DNA of 64,000 bases from positions 64,001 through 128,000 of IMG/VR virus record IMGVR_UViG_3300023243_000009, one strand, 5' to 3'. This document shows, piece after piece, positions 8,163 through 19,371 of the stretch. The notes under the pieces were generated by a model, which saw only the letters and a program-made list of their open reading frames with translations, made no database searches and was not told the DNA's origin. This DNA is from a virus. A program made the translations under genes and the position numbers. Every line of letters starts with the position of its first letter. Position 1 is the stretch's first letter.

Positions 8163-9434
8163 TTATTTTTTTAATTTGGGTAATATTAATTCTACTTGTT
8201 TTGGAAATTCAGGAATATTTTTATCAAAAATACTCTCAACTAATTCTTTCATTTTCTCGTAACTAAAATTATTACGTACGTGGGACCCTTGACGCATTCC
8301 CATAGTTTTGTATTTTTGGTAATTATTAAAAACATCCTTTAACGATGTACCAATATGACCACTGTCAGGTTTAAACCATTTTGCTTCTTTAATTAACCAA
8401 TCATTAGCGGCGCTATCATGGACATTCTCCAAAACTCCAGGAATTAAATATGTAAAACTTGGATGTAAAAAATCTAATTGACCTGAAAATGCTGAGGCTA
8501 TTATAGGTTTGTTTGATAACCCGAATTCTAATAGTGGTCGTCCAAATCCTTCACCTTTAGTAAAACTTACCATAGATTTTACCTTAGGGTGGTTATATAA
8601 TTCATTCATTTCACTGTCATTAAACTCCCCATTCAAAACATAGATATTAGGTAAAGTATGGGATTTAACCGTTTTTCTTATTTGTTTTATACGTTTTAAA
8701 ATTTCATCTCGGCTTATATAAGAAGCAACTCCTACAGAAGTTTTTAATATTAAAGCGGGGGTGTTTTTTTTATTTTTAAATGTTTCATAAAAGGATTTTA
8801 CTAATACCGAAACATTTTTTCTATCATGCCCAAAACTACCTTGCATCCAATGTCCTACAAACAAATAACAAAACTTTTCAGGGATTGTATCTAAATTGAT
8901 ATTAGTGACTTCTGTAGGTTTTAAAGTTTTATAGATGTCTAGATTTGCACCTTCAAATACTACTTCAACATGTTTATTTAATTTGATTTCTCCTAATGTT
9001 CGGTTTGATTTTTGGTCTTTTTTAGCATACGATACCTCTTGTAATATCTTTTTAGAAAAATTAGAAGATACCAAATTCATATCCATTTTATTCATCCCTT
9101 CTATCCACTCATGCTTACATATGGTAGCTTCTATACCTGCGGTGCAACCTATATTATATTTTCCTATAGGTTGGAATTCATTTGGAATTGTGATTTGCAT
9201 CCAAATTTCGGGTTGTGACACCAATTGATTTTCAGGGAGTAAGTGTTGAAGTAAAAATTGCCATTCTTTATGGTCATCACAAAACCCCCAAGAAGTAGAA
9301 CCCCACCTTTGAGCCATTAATTTAACATCATATTTATCTGTTTCTATAATGGCTTTTATTATGTCTCGTGATCGGGCACCATACCCACTATAGGTATCCA
9401 TCGGTGAGGAAATTACAAATGTTGGTTTACTCAT
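8163..9434 (-). CDS. glycosyltransferase (GT-B, GT4-like)
   Basis: SGYG N-terminus; KGEGFGRPLLE motif. Confidence 0.85.
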   Translation of the reverse strand: MSKPTFVISSPMDTYSGYGARSRDIIKAIIETDKYDVKLMAQRWGSTSWGFCDDHKEWQFLLQHLLPENQLVSQPEIWMQITIPNEFQPIGKYNIGCTAGIEATICKHEWIEGMNKMDMNLVSSNFSKKILQEVSYAKKDQKSNRTLGEIKLNKHVEVVFEGANLDIYKTLKPTEVTNINLDTIPEKFCYLFVGHWMQGSFGHDRKNVSVLVKSFYETFKNKKNTPALILKTSVGVASYISRDEILKRIKQIRKTVKSHTLPNIYVLNGEFNDSEMNELYNHPKVKSMVSFTKGEGFGRPLLEFGLSNKPIIASAFSGQLDFLHPSFTYLIPGVLENVHDSAANDWLIKEAKWFKPDSGHIGTSLKDVFNNYQKYKTMGMRQGSHVRNNFSYEKMKELVESIFDKNIPEFPKQVELILPKLKK

Positions 9435-10873
9435 TAGTATATTATATTATGTTTTAAAAATTTACCTTTATAATCGTTGGCATTTATTATTTCATATTTT
9501 TCTCTGGGTTCCCATGTTGAAAATAATTCATCAAACGCCCCCATAACTCTATTAGCCTGATGCTTAGAATTAAAACCTGCTTCTTCACTTAAAGCCCATT
9601 CTCTGCCTTTTAATCCTCTTGCTTTACGTTCTTCAGGATCTAAATCATATATTGCTTTAATTTGTTTAGAAGCGTCTTCCCATTCACATCTATCGTCAAA
9701 AATATAAGGTGTTTGAGATGAACCTTGGATAGATCTAGATGTTGGGTAAACGGGAAATGCCCATTCTCCATGTTCTTTATAAGTTCCTCTATGGTTAGAT
9801 GGGATTTCAGGTGAAGGGGTAAACCATTCCCCGTTTGAATCTACAAATCTCATTTGATCTTGCATACCTCCTGTAACATTAGCTATTATGGGGGTTCCAG
9901 ATAACATAGCTTCAGTTAAAGTTAAACCCCAACCCTCATTAGAAGTAAGTAATATCTGTACGTCTGCTATATTATATAAATAATTTAGTTGTGTTTGGTG
10001 GTATTTTTGAGTAGAAAATACAATTGTATCTTCATATTCTTCATCAAAAAAATATTCTTTAACCACTTCTAAATCTGTCCCGTGGTCTGATGTCAATTCA
10101 GTATGTAGTACCATTCTACATTTTAAAGCCTCTTCCTTAGGTAAACTATCTAAAAAATGTCTAAAGGCTAACATTGCATCCGGGATTTGTTTTCTTCTAA
10201 TATTTCTTGAGTTGAAAAACAGTACAAATTTGGGATCAAACCCACCAAATAATATCTTTTTAAATTGAACAAAACCCTGGTCTGTTTTAGATACAGGTTT
10301 GTATACATCCTCATTTAGACCATGGGGTATGTATTTAAAAATTTTATTTTTACCCTTATCACCTAAAACAATTTTATTAATGTTTACAGTTTGTTTTGAT
10401 ATTCCCATTAATAAATCACAAGCCTCATAGTAAGGTTGGTTGTACATTGGAGCAGGATAATCGTCCCAAATGTTTAGATAGGTAATAGGAATTTTACGAC
10501 GTATTTCATGTTCCATATTGAAAATCCAAGTAAAATATCTAGGATCTGTAATTAACATGATGGCATCAGGTTTTTCTGATGCTATTATTTGTCGTAATGT
10601 ATCGGGGTTGCCATATCCATCTTGTGGGTATAAAAATAGAGAAGAATCATCAATCTCCATTAAAGTATTAGTACTTTGACTTAAGTCTAATTTTTTCCCT
10701 TTTTCAGGATGATTAATGGCTCCTGCCATTTGCACCCAATTAAAGTGGTGTGATGTATGAGTTACAATTTCTTTGGCAATAGTTGCAACACCAGAATGTA
10801 CTCTAAGGTCATCACATAAGAGGAGTATTTTTTTCCTTTCTTTTTGTGGAAGATGTTTAAAACTTTTATTCAT
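9434..10873 (-). CDS. glycosyltransferase (GT-B, GT4-like)
   Basis: HSGVA, RNIRRKQ, NEGWGLTLTEAMLSGTPII. Confidence 0.85.
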   Translation of the reverse strand: MNKSFKHLPQKERKKILLLCDDLRVHSGVATIAKEIVTHTSHHFNWVQMAGAINHPEKGKKLDLSQSTNTLMEIDDSSLFLYPQDGYGNPDTLRQIIASEKPDAIMLITDPRYFTWIFNMEHEIRRKIPITYLNIWDDYPAPMYNQPYYEACDLLMGISKQTVNINKIVLGDKGKNKIFKYIPHGLNEDVYKPVSKTDQGFVQFKKILFGGFDPKFVLFFNSRNIRRKQIPDAMLAFRHFLDSLPKEEALKCRMVLHTELTSDHGTDLEVVKEYFFDEEYEDTIVFSTQKYHQTQLNYLYNIADVQILLTSNEGWGLTLTEAMLSGTPIIANVTGGMQDQMRFVDSNGEWFTPSPEIPSNHRGTYKEHGEWAFPVYPTSRSIQGSSQTPYIFDDRCEWEDASKQIKAIYDLDPEERKARGLKGREWALSEEAGFNSKHQANRVMGAFDELFSTWEPREKYEIINANDYKGKFLKHNIIY

Positions 10874-10903
10874 ATAATAACTTTTTATTAATATAATAAA
10901 TTT

Positions 10904-11083
10904 CTATTCCGAGGCCAAATTATGGTTTGTTATTTTTCTCCTAAATTCCTCATCTTTCATATAAAGTTCAATAGCACGTTCAGATAGTTTTTGAAATGAG
11001 AATTTCCTTTTGATACACTCAATTTTAAATTCTTCCCATAGATTCCCATCTATTTTTACACTTGTTAATTTTTGATTACTCAT
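10904..11083 (-). CDS. ribbon-helix-helix-like DNA-binding protein
   Basis: MSNQKLTSVKIDGNLWEEFKIECIKRKFSFQKLSERAIELYM..., read manually. Confidence 0.6.
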   Translation of the reverse strand: MSNQKLTSVKIDGNLWEEFKIECIKRKFSFQKLSERAIELYMKDEEFRRKITNHNLASE

Positions 11084-11131
11084 AGTTTGTATATTTGTAT
11101 GTTTGTATTGTTTAATATAAATATATATAAA

Positions 11132-12103
11132 TTATTCAAAACATATCCCTTCACCACAATTCTCCTTATCTAATTTAAATGGACAGAAACCACAATTCCA
11201 TTTGCTGGCGTTTTTAGGGTAGTCTATGTTTTTAATTTCCCCAGTTGAATTAAAACAGGTGGTTATGAAATGGTTTATAGCATTTTTAGCTTTATTTAAT
11301 TTAATTTTACCACTAGGGGGAACAAAAATTTGAACTCTGTATGATTGGTGTGGTGACATTAATTTCTCATCATCCCAATCCAATACTTTACGTTTAACTA
11401 TAAAAAATTCTATTTCTATGTTTTCTAACGGGATATTGTATTGTTCAGAGAAAAATTGCTTATATAAAAGTAATTGATATTGTTTATCTTCATTTTTTTT
11501 ATCTTGATCCCTCCACCCCCTAGTGCTTGTTTTAATGTCAATTATTTTAAAGGTGTTTGTAGGTTCATGGTATAACACAATATCTAAGTATCCGGTGTAT
11601 AGTACGTTATTATATCCCTTATTTGGTGCTATTACTAATGGGAGTTCACAACCCACTAAATAAGTACCTTTTTTTGTGAAATAAGAACTACGTTTTTTCT
11701 TAAACCAATTTAGAATACCTACCCCATCTTCAAAAAACTCCCTCATTTCAATTGCTGATGAGAAGTGTTCGTTTTTATTTGATTTATATTGTTTTTGGTA
11801 TTCTTCTATAAAGGTTTTTTGGAAAGTGTCTTCCATATCAATTTCCCTATCTGCGGCGGCAAATGATGTTTCGTACGCTACATTTAGATAATTTTGCATT
11901 ACTTCATGTATAGAGGTCCCAAAAACAGTATGTATTGAAGATGTGAATCGTTTAATTCTTTCTTTATACTGAAGTTTCCATCTGTGGGGGCAATTCCTAA
12001 AAATTGACATCTGAGAATGGGATACATTCTTTTGGTAAGCATAATTCACCAGTGAGGGTGGATTATTTCTTATTTCTTTTACTATTTTTGGGATCTTTTT
12101 CAT
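11132..12103 (-). CDS. PD-(D/E)xK nuclease, Cas4/RecB-like
   Basis: CPHRW, GYLDIV, IIDIKTS, QLLLY, C-terminal CGFCPF...C cluster. Confidence 0.85.
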   Translation of the reverse strand: MKKIPKIVKEIRNNPPSLVNYAYQKNVSHSQMSIFRNCPHRWKLQYKERIKRFTSSIHTVFGTSIHEVMQNYLNVAYETSFAAADREIDMEDTFQKTFIEEYQKQYKSNKNEHFSSAIEMREFFEDGVGILNWFKKKRSSYFTKKGTYLVGCELPLVIAPNKGYNNVLYTGYLDIVLYHEPTNTFKIIDIKTSTRGWRDQDKKNEDKQYQLLLYKQFFSEQYNIPLENIEIEFFIVKRKVLDWDDEKLMSPHQSYRVQIFVPPSGKIKLNKAKNAINHFITTCFNSTGEIKNIDYPKNASKWNCGFCPFKLDKENCGEGICFE

Positions 12104-12108
12104 TCAAA

Positions 12109-12573
12109 TTATTTACGCCATTTATCTCTACCAACTAACAAACCTATTATTCCATAATTTGCTATATCTATAAATGTATCTTCCATCCCTTCACCCTCAA
12201 CAAAACTTTTTCCATTAACTAATAAATTTTTTAAACGTGATATTTTATCCGTTAATCTAATACACAACCCAGTTAGTGAAAACTTCTTGTCATTGCTATT
12301 ATTAACGATATCTCCGCCCAAAGCAATATTATTAAGTCCATAATCTAAGTGTTTTCTAGCAAATAACTCGTATTGTTCATGTTGTATTTGTTTAAACTCA
12401 TTGGATAGTGCCCCGTATTCGTTTTCAAATATTTGTACTGCATTTTGGGGTACTTCACCTCTCATATTTGTAGGGTGAGTAAGATTTTCCCAATATTTTT
12501 TCCCTATGGGGAATTGGTTATGAGGTAATTTATTTTCCACATTCTCGAAATGTTTTGTTACAGCGCTACCCAT
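12109..12573 (-). CDS. nucleotide-modification-associated (DUF1599/Nmad1-like) protein
   Basis: RKHLDYG, DKISRLKNL, EDTFIDIANYGIIG. Confidence 0.65.
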   Translation of the reverse strand: MGSAVTKHFENVENKLPHNQFPIGKKYWENLTHPTNMRGEVPQNAVQIFENEYGALSNEFKQIQHEQYELFARKHLDYGLNNIALGGDIVNNSNDKKFSLTGLCIRLTDKISRLKNLLVNGKSFVEGEGMEDTFIDIANYGIIGLLVGRDKWRK

Positions 12574-12793
12574 TTATTTGTGTAAATTTTAAAAATTGAA
12601 TTTTTAGTTTTTCTATTCTCTCATCAGCATCAATCAACATCCTAAGTGTCTCTTCAGCATTTTTATAAAAATCTTCGGTTGAATGATCACCAATTCCTGC
12701 TGCCTTATTTCCTAATAAATCAAAGGATAGCATGGCTTTTGCTCTATCTGCTTCTGCAGAAGTTAATAACATTTTGTATAATAATGGGTTCAT
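12566..12793 (-). CDS. hypothetical protein
   Basis: 75-aa ORF coupled to its neighbours. Confidence 0.65.
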   Translation of the reverse strand: MNPLLYKMLLTSAEADRAKAMLSFDLLGNKAAGIGDHSTEDFYKNAEETLRMLIDADERIEKLKIQFLKFTQING

Positions 12794-13203
12794 TTTATAA
12801 TTTTTTTAATTTCTTTATTATCTAATCCTCTATTTGTTAATATACGAACAATATGTTCATTATCCAAAAAATATAAATATTCTTTTACTTCTCTTATAGA
12901 TAGTTTAAAATGGTCCTTTAAGTGTATTAATAATTCATTATTTCTTTCTTTAACTTTAGATTTAATGTATTTACTCCATTTATTATTTTTAGGAATAAAT
13001 TCGACATATACTGAGTATATTTCTTTTTTGTTTTGGGGAGGTATAACTTGTACCTCGTTCACCAATTCTAAAAAATCTTCATTCTGACTTAGAAATCTAT
13101 GAACCATATAACTATTCCAAGTCTCCCAATCTGATTCTGAAAATGAATCAGTGGGAGATTTGGTAGTATTAATTTGTTTTAGCCAATCAAATACAGTTTT
13201 CAT
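12790..13203 (-). CDS. clamp loader small subunit (gp62-like)
   Basis: FDWLKQI, YMVHRFLS; next to the RFC-like ATPase. Confidence 0.6.
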   Translation of the reverse strand: MKTVFDWLKQINTTKSPTDSFSESDWETWNSYMVHRFLSQNEDFLELVNEVQVIPPQNKKEIYSVYVEFIPKNNKWSKYIKSKVKERNNELLIHLKDHFKLSIREVKEYLYFLDNEHIVRILTNRGLDNKEIKKIIK

Positions 13204-13204
13204 T

Positions 13205-13453
13205 CTAACACAACTCTTCTTTAAGTTCCTCTCTTAAATCTTTTGGGACCGAGTCTTTTAAGATTTTTTTTGTTACAGGATCAAAAAACACAGGGATAGG
13301 AAGAAGAGCATCCTCATCTGTTCCGGTAATAAATTTGGATACTTTACGTAAAATTACTCCTTGTACAAATACACTCCCTCCATCAGAGTTTTTAACTTCG
13401 GTAGTGTTTTTCAAATCAATTGGTGGCATTTGTGCCGATTGTGGGTTTTGCAT
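13205..13453 (-). CDS. hypothetical protein
   Basis: 82-aa ORF in the replication block. Confidence 0.7.
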   Translation of the reverse strand: MQNPQSAQMPPIDLKNTTEVKNSDGGSVFVQGVILRKVSKFITGTDEDALLPIPVFFDPVTKKILKDSVPKDLREELKEELC

Positions 13454-13454
13454 A

Positions 13455-14375
13455 TTATTTGTTGTTTATTAAATTTTGGATTAAGGACAGGGCATTTATT
13501 TCTTTATCTATACGGAAATTTGCTTTATATTGGTGGTCGTTTATTAACATAGCAACAGTACCCCCTCTATTTGGTAAATATTCTTCAGACCTTTCATATA
13601 GTGATTTAAATAATTCTTCATAATCATTAATATTAGAATCGGCAATAATTTGTCTTATAACTTTAAATTGTGGTTTTGGTTTTGCCAATTCCGTTAAAAC
13701 ATCGTATATATAACTTGAAGAAATAATTAAATCATCATCCAATATTAATACTCCATCTATAGAACTAGATTGTATGGTATTTATCATCTTCCTAATATCA
13801 GGATATGTTTTATTTACGATTTTAGCTATATCTATTAAGTCATAGCTTATTTTCTCTTTATCACATATTCCTGCTATATGAACCGCAACTTCTTTTTTAG
13901 TTGGGGGTTCTACTTTAAAAGTTTGACATCTAGATTGGATTGGATCAATAATACGTTCAATATAATTGCAAGTTAAAATAAATCTAGTACTACGTGAAAA
14001 GGTTTCAATCACATTCCTTAAAGATGCTTGTGCATTTATTGTTAAATAATCCGCTTCATCCAAAATAACCACTTTAAGAGGTTTAAATGATGCCATTGAA
14101 GCAAACCCTGATACTTTATCCCTAATAGTTTCAATACCTCTTTCATCTGAGGCATTTATGTATAGGGATTCGCAATCAAGATTGTTTACTATAATTTTAG
14201 CTAGGGTTGTTTTACCTGTACCCGCCCCGGCATAAAATAGATAGTTTTGTATGTCATTATTCTTTAACTGTCTATCAATTGAAGATTTTAAGGTAGCATT
14301 ACCTACAAAGTTTTCTAAAGTATTAGGTCTATAACGTTCATTAAGCAAAGTTTGTTCTCTATCAAAACTCCCCAT
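13455..14375 (-). CDS. clamp loader AAA+ ATPase (RFC/gp44-like)
   Basis: [29 protein letters not shown] motif. Confidence 0.93.
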   Translation of the reverse strand: MGSFDREQTLLNERYRPNTLENFVGNATLKSSIDRQLKNNDIQNYLFYAGAGTGKTTLAKIIVNNLDCESLYINASDERGIETIRDKVSGFASMASFKPLKVVILDEADYLTINAQASLRNVIETFSRSTRFILTCNYIERIIDPIQSRCQTFKVEPPTKKEVAVHIAGICDKEKISYDLIDIAKIVNKTYPDIRKMINTIQSSSIDGVLILDDDLIISSSYIYDVLTELAKPKPQFKVIRQIIADSNINDYEELFKSLYERSEEYLPNRGGTVAMLINDHQYKANFRIDKEINALSLIQNLINNK

Positions 14376-14628
14376 AAATTGAATATTTTTTAATTGGTTT
14401 AGGTTCTATTTCTTTTTCTGATGTTGCAATAGTATATAATTCTCCTTTAAGTGGGGATAATTTAAAATCCCCAACAAACTTAGTTTTTACAATATAAGCC
14501 TCTAAGGTATTGGTTAAAGATGTATAGATTTTACCTTCAGGACCGTCAGATACTAAGCGATATCTATCACCGGGGGCTTGTCTTATAGCTATTAATTCTA
14601 TTTTGATTTTGTCTATTTTTATTTCCAT
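14362..14628 (-). CDS. hypothetical protein
   Basis: 88-aa ORF. Confidence 0.65.
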   Translation of the reverse strand: MEIKIDKIKIELIAIRQAPGDRYRLVSDGPEGKIYTSLTNTLEAYIVKTKFVGDFKLSPLKGELYTIATSEKEIEPKPIKKYSIYGEF

Positions 14629-14642
14629 AGATATAATATACG

Positions 14643-14677
14643 AAAAAATAATGGGGAAGCCATAAAAACTTCCCCAT
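14643..14677 (-). terminator. intrinsic terminator overlapping the next promoter
   Basis: ATGGGGAAG/CTTCCCCAT stem, then a U-tract running into TTCGTATAT. Confidence 0.7.
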
Positions 14678-14682
14678 ATATT

Positions 14683-14850
14683 TTATTTGCTTTCAGCCAC
14701 GGATGCCTTTCGGTATTCGGTTACTAGGTTTTTTATATTACCTAGACTTTTTCTAGCTTCTTGTTGTGATTTTTTTGTAGTTTTATTATGTTTTTCTACA
14801 AAAATGTTAAATAATTCTGTAATCTGTTCAAAAATTTCCTGCTTATTCAT
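14683..14850 (-). CDS. small helical basic protein (histone H1-like/Hc1-type)
   Basis: MNKQEIFEQITELF...KKSQQEARKSLGNIKNLVTEYRKASVAESK, read manually. Confidence 0.6.
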   Translation of the reverse strand: MNKQEIFEQITELFNIFVEKHNKTTKKSQQEARKSLGNIKNLVTEYRKASVAESK

Positions 14851-14872
14851 TGTTATAATCTAGTTTAAAATT

Positions 14873-16495
<1,623 letters not shown>

Positions 16496-16514
16496 TTTTT
16501 ATTTTGTAAATTTA

Positions 16515-16661
16515 TTATTTATATTTCCATTTATAACCATGTCGTTTTCCGTTTGAATATAAAACATCGTATATGTTTCCGGGAAATGCTAGATTTATAT
16601 CTTTAGCAGAATCCCATTCTTTTATAGGATTTGATTCTAAATATGCAAAGATTTGATTTTC
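16515..16661 (-). pseudogene. NUMOD1 remnant of a homing endonuclease
   Basis: Start-less frame ...IKEWDSAKDI...GKRHGYKWKYK, similar to the C-terminus of the GIY-YIG ORF at 45689. Confidence 0.55.
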
Positions 16662-16684
16662 TTACAAAAATTTGATTTTCTTGA

Positions 16685-16978
16685 CTAATTAGAGTTTATT
16701 TTTGCTAAGACACTATTCTCAGGACCTACATAATATTCCTCACCATTGTATGGTAATTTAGTAAACCCCATGGTAGGTAATACTACTATGTCACCTGTTT
16801 TTAATTGTGTAGGTAGAAGTTTACCTGAAATTGTATATCTCCCTGGACCTACAGCGATTACTTCTCCTGTTTCATTTTTTTCTTTACCTAAGTCAGGTAC
16901 AATAATTCCACCATACGTGGTTTCTTCTGCTTCTATAGGTTTAACTATAACTGCATCAAACAATGCTTCTAATGCCAT
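16685..16978 (-). CDS. groES: co-chaperonin GroES
   Basis: FDAVIV, TYGGIIVPD, GEVIAVGPG. Confidence 0.93.
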   Translation of the reverse strand: MALEALFDAVIVKPIEAEETTYGGIIVPDLGKEKNETGEVIAVGPGRYTISGKLLPTQLKTGDIVVLPTMGFTKLPYNGEEYYVGPENSVLAKINSN

Positions 16979-17279
16979 CTGTGTATTTTTTAATGTTATT
17001 ACTTATTGTTATATAATTGTTTATATACTCTTCTAATGAACTTACATCTTCTATATCCGCTTTCAAATTTGAAATTTTTACTAAAGCTTGATCTAAATTT
17101 GTGAAATAATATAAAGATTTTTCATAAGTTTTTGTTTTTCCTTTGCTCCTAAAATGAGAAGAATCAGATGTTACATTTTGTTTTACTGTGTAACTATATT
17201 CATCCTTTGTTATAAAAAAGGGTTCTAATAGAGGATCAGTAATAGTTTGGATTGATTTTCTTTGTTTAACTTCAGACAT
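16956..17279 (-). CDS. hypothetical protein
   Basis: 107-aa ORF following a promoter. Confidence 0.65.
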   Translation of the reverse strand: MSEVKQRKSIQTITDPLLEPFFITKDEYSYTVKQNVTSDSSHFRSKGKTKTYEKSLYYFTNLDQALVKISNLKADIEDVSSLEEYINNYITISNNIKKYTDGIRSIV

Positions 17280-17345
17280 ATGACTTGTTTATTTAGATGT
17301 CAATATACGAAAAATAATGTGCTAAGACACGCTATTTTGGTGAAG

Positions 17346-18071
17346 TTATTCATTTCTAGCTAGAAAATATTCACTTTCTATATCTGGAGATTTGAAATCT
17401 AATTTTAAGGTAGATTTTGAAGAAAGTGTTAAGATACAGGTTTCTTGGTCTTTGTTAGCAGCGAGTATATCTTTAAATATACTAGAATTGTAAGGGATTT
17501 CTAATTCTAAATCCTTTATATCTCCACCACCAATTTGGTATGTAATTTTATTTGAAAACCCTGTATTATCTCCAAATATGAATTCACATATTGGGTTTTT
17601 ATCTAAATCAGTAGTGGTTCTGATTAGCATGTTTTCAACTTCCCCTAAAGCATTTTTTGCTTTAATTAAATGGTCAATGTCTTCACTGTTAAGTTTTAAC
17701 TTAAAATTGTAATCTTGGGGTTCGTCATACCATATATTTTTCCCTAAAATTAAAACATCAGCTAAAGAATATGTTAAATCGAAATGAGAATCTTTAATAT
17801 ATAATTTTGTAAATATAGATTTAAGTTTTTCCACCCCTAACATTAAATCCCCACTTGTAATAGACATTAGTTTTGACAATTTCCCGGTATCAAATATCCC
17901 TAATTCACCATCCCCTAATGGGAAATCTTTCAATACTACTTTACACACTTTACCTGATTCCCCTGCATATATTGTAAGTTGATTATTTTTAATTCTCCAT
18001 TTTGCTTGATTATTCAACCCATTTAAATAATACTTAGAAATTAGAGATGTTAACTTTACTTTATTAATCAT
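17346..18071 (-). CDS. DNA sliding clamp (PCNA/gp45-like)
   Basis: About 240 aa, beta-rich two-domain pattern; lies between PolB and the clamp loader. Confidence 0.7.
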   Translation of the reverse strand: MINKVKLTSLISKYYLNGLNNQAKWRIKNNQLTIYAGESGKVCKVVLKDFPLGDGELGIFDTGKLSKLMSITSGDLMLGVEKLKSIFTKLYIKDSHFDLTYSLADVLILGKNIWYDEPQDYNFKLKLNSEDIDHLIKAKNALGEVENMLIRTTTDLDKNPICEFIFGDNTGFSNKITYQIGGGDIKDLELEIPYNSSIFKDILAANKDQETCILTLSSKSTLKLDFKSPDIESEYFLARNE

Positions 18072-18110
18072 TTTATTGTTTTTTATATTAGTGAATATAC
18101 AAAAGATATT

Positions 18111-19061
18111 TTATATCTCAAAGGATTTTAACACATTTAGGTGAGGATTTAAGTTAAGTTCCCATGAAAGGTCTGAAAAGAATCCTTCTAATTTGTTAAG
18201 TAAGATAGTTTCAAAGACTCTTTGTCTATTAGCATAAAGGGTTAGAAAGTTTTGGATTTTATCAGGGATTTCATAATCAAAAAATGCTAATGCCTCTATT
18301 TTATATGGGTTATCTTTTAAGTAAATCCATTTAACTTTATCAGACATAGTAACTAAATTATAAGTTCTATCCAACTGCCACAGTCTTAATAAATCATTAT
18401 AGCGAATTGCTGCTCTAACGGGTGCTGGTGCACGTTTTTTTATTTCCGTGAAAATCTCACCGGATCTGGGGGTATTTCCTGAATATTTTTCTAGCTTTTT
18501 GACTGAGGTAGGGTTTCCCAATTTTGCTAGTGGGATTGTACCGTCTAAAATTTGTTTTTTAAAAACTTTAATCTGATCTAGAATATCAATTTTTTCACCA
18601 CCTTTAAGTACTTGGTGTAGTATATCATTAAAAAATTCTCCTAAAATAGGTGGGAAATTAGCTTTCATAAATTCCAACCCCTTAATTTCTAATTCTTCCT
18701 TAGCTATACCTTCCTTTTTAGTAATCCATTGGGCATAACGACGAGTTGCCCTAAAGTATGCAGATCGGATAACAGCTTCTGTTTTCATCTCTAATCTATG
18801 TTTATTAACTACACCATTAGGTACGTTAAAACATTCTTTAGCTAAAGTGTTATATTGGTGTGTGATTATGTCTTGATATTCTAATGCTACCCCCTCTAAT
18901 AAATCATCTTTTTTACTATCTTCTAAACCTTCAAAATTGGGGTATAAAAAGTTTAATAGGGGTTCAGCATTAATGTATACTGAGTCTGTGTCCATGTAAG
19001 CGCAATAATTTTCATCATCACTATCACAGATAAACCAAGGTGTATCTTCTAAATGTTTCAT
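18111..19061 (-). CDS. polB: DNA polymerase family B, C-terminal subunit
   Basis: YMDTDSVY (motif C), RRYA, KGLE. Confidence 0.9.
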   Translation of the reverse strand: MKHLEDTPWFICDSDDENYCAYMDTDSVYINAEPLLNFLYPNFEGLEDSKKDDLLEGVALEYQDIITHQYNTLAKECFNVPNGVVNKHRLEMKTEAVIRSAYFRATRRYAQWITKKEGIAKEELEIKGLEFMKANFPPILGEFFNDILHQVLKGGEKIDILDQIKVFKKQILDGTIPLAKLGNPTSVKKLEKYSGNTPRSGEIFTEIKKRAPAPVRAAIRYNDLLRLWQLDRTYNLVTMSDKVKWIYLKDNPYKIEALAFFDYEIPDKIQNFLTLYANRQRVFETILLNKLEGFFSDLSWELNLNPHLNVLKSFEI

Positions 19062-19107
19062 AACTTATTTCTTTTCATTTGGTATTTCTACTAACATAAA
19101 CTTTAAT

Positions 19108-19371
19108 TTAAAATGATCTTTCTCCTGGGGAGAGGGGTAAATTAATGGGTTTGTTTCCATTGGAGTCTAAGTCATCTCTTCGTTCTATACTTACCTTATA
19201 TTGAACTTTATTTACATTAAAAGTACCTCCTTGTTTAATCATTTTTTTAAAAAATAATTCTTGGGGTTCAGACCAATTTTCACTTTCCTTTATTAATTCT
19301 TCCTTTGTAACTAGTTTGTTATTAGCTAAAATCATCATATTTTTTCTAATAGATTGTTTTTTTAATGTCAT
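19108..19371 (-). CDS. hypothetical protein inserted between the polB halves
   Basis: 87-aa ORF overlapping the stop of polB-N. Confidence 0.65.
   Translation of the reverse strand: MTLKKQSIRKNMMILANNKLVTKEELIKESENWSEPQELFFKKMIKQGGTFNVNKVQYKVSIERRDDLDSNGNKPINLPLSPGERSF

Noticed and set aside
19061-19368. Split intein or intron in polB
   Set aside because: No intein N- or C-terminal motifs and no group I core elements seen; treated as a two-subunit enzyme
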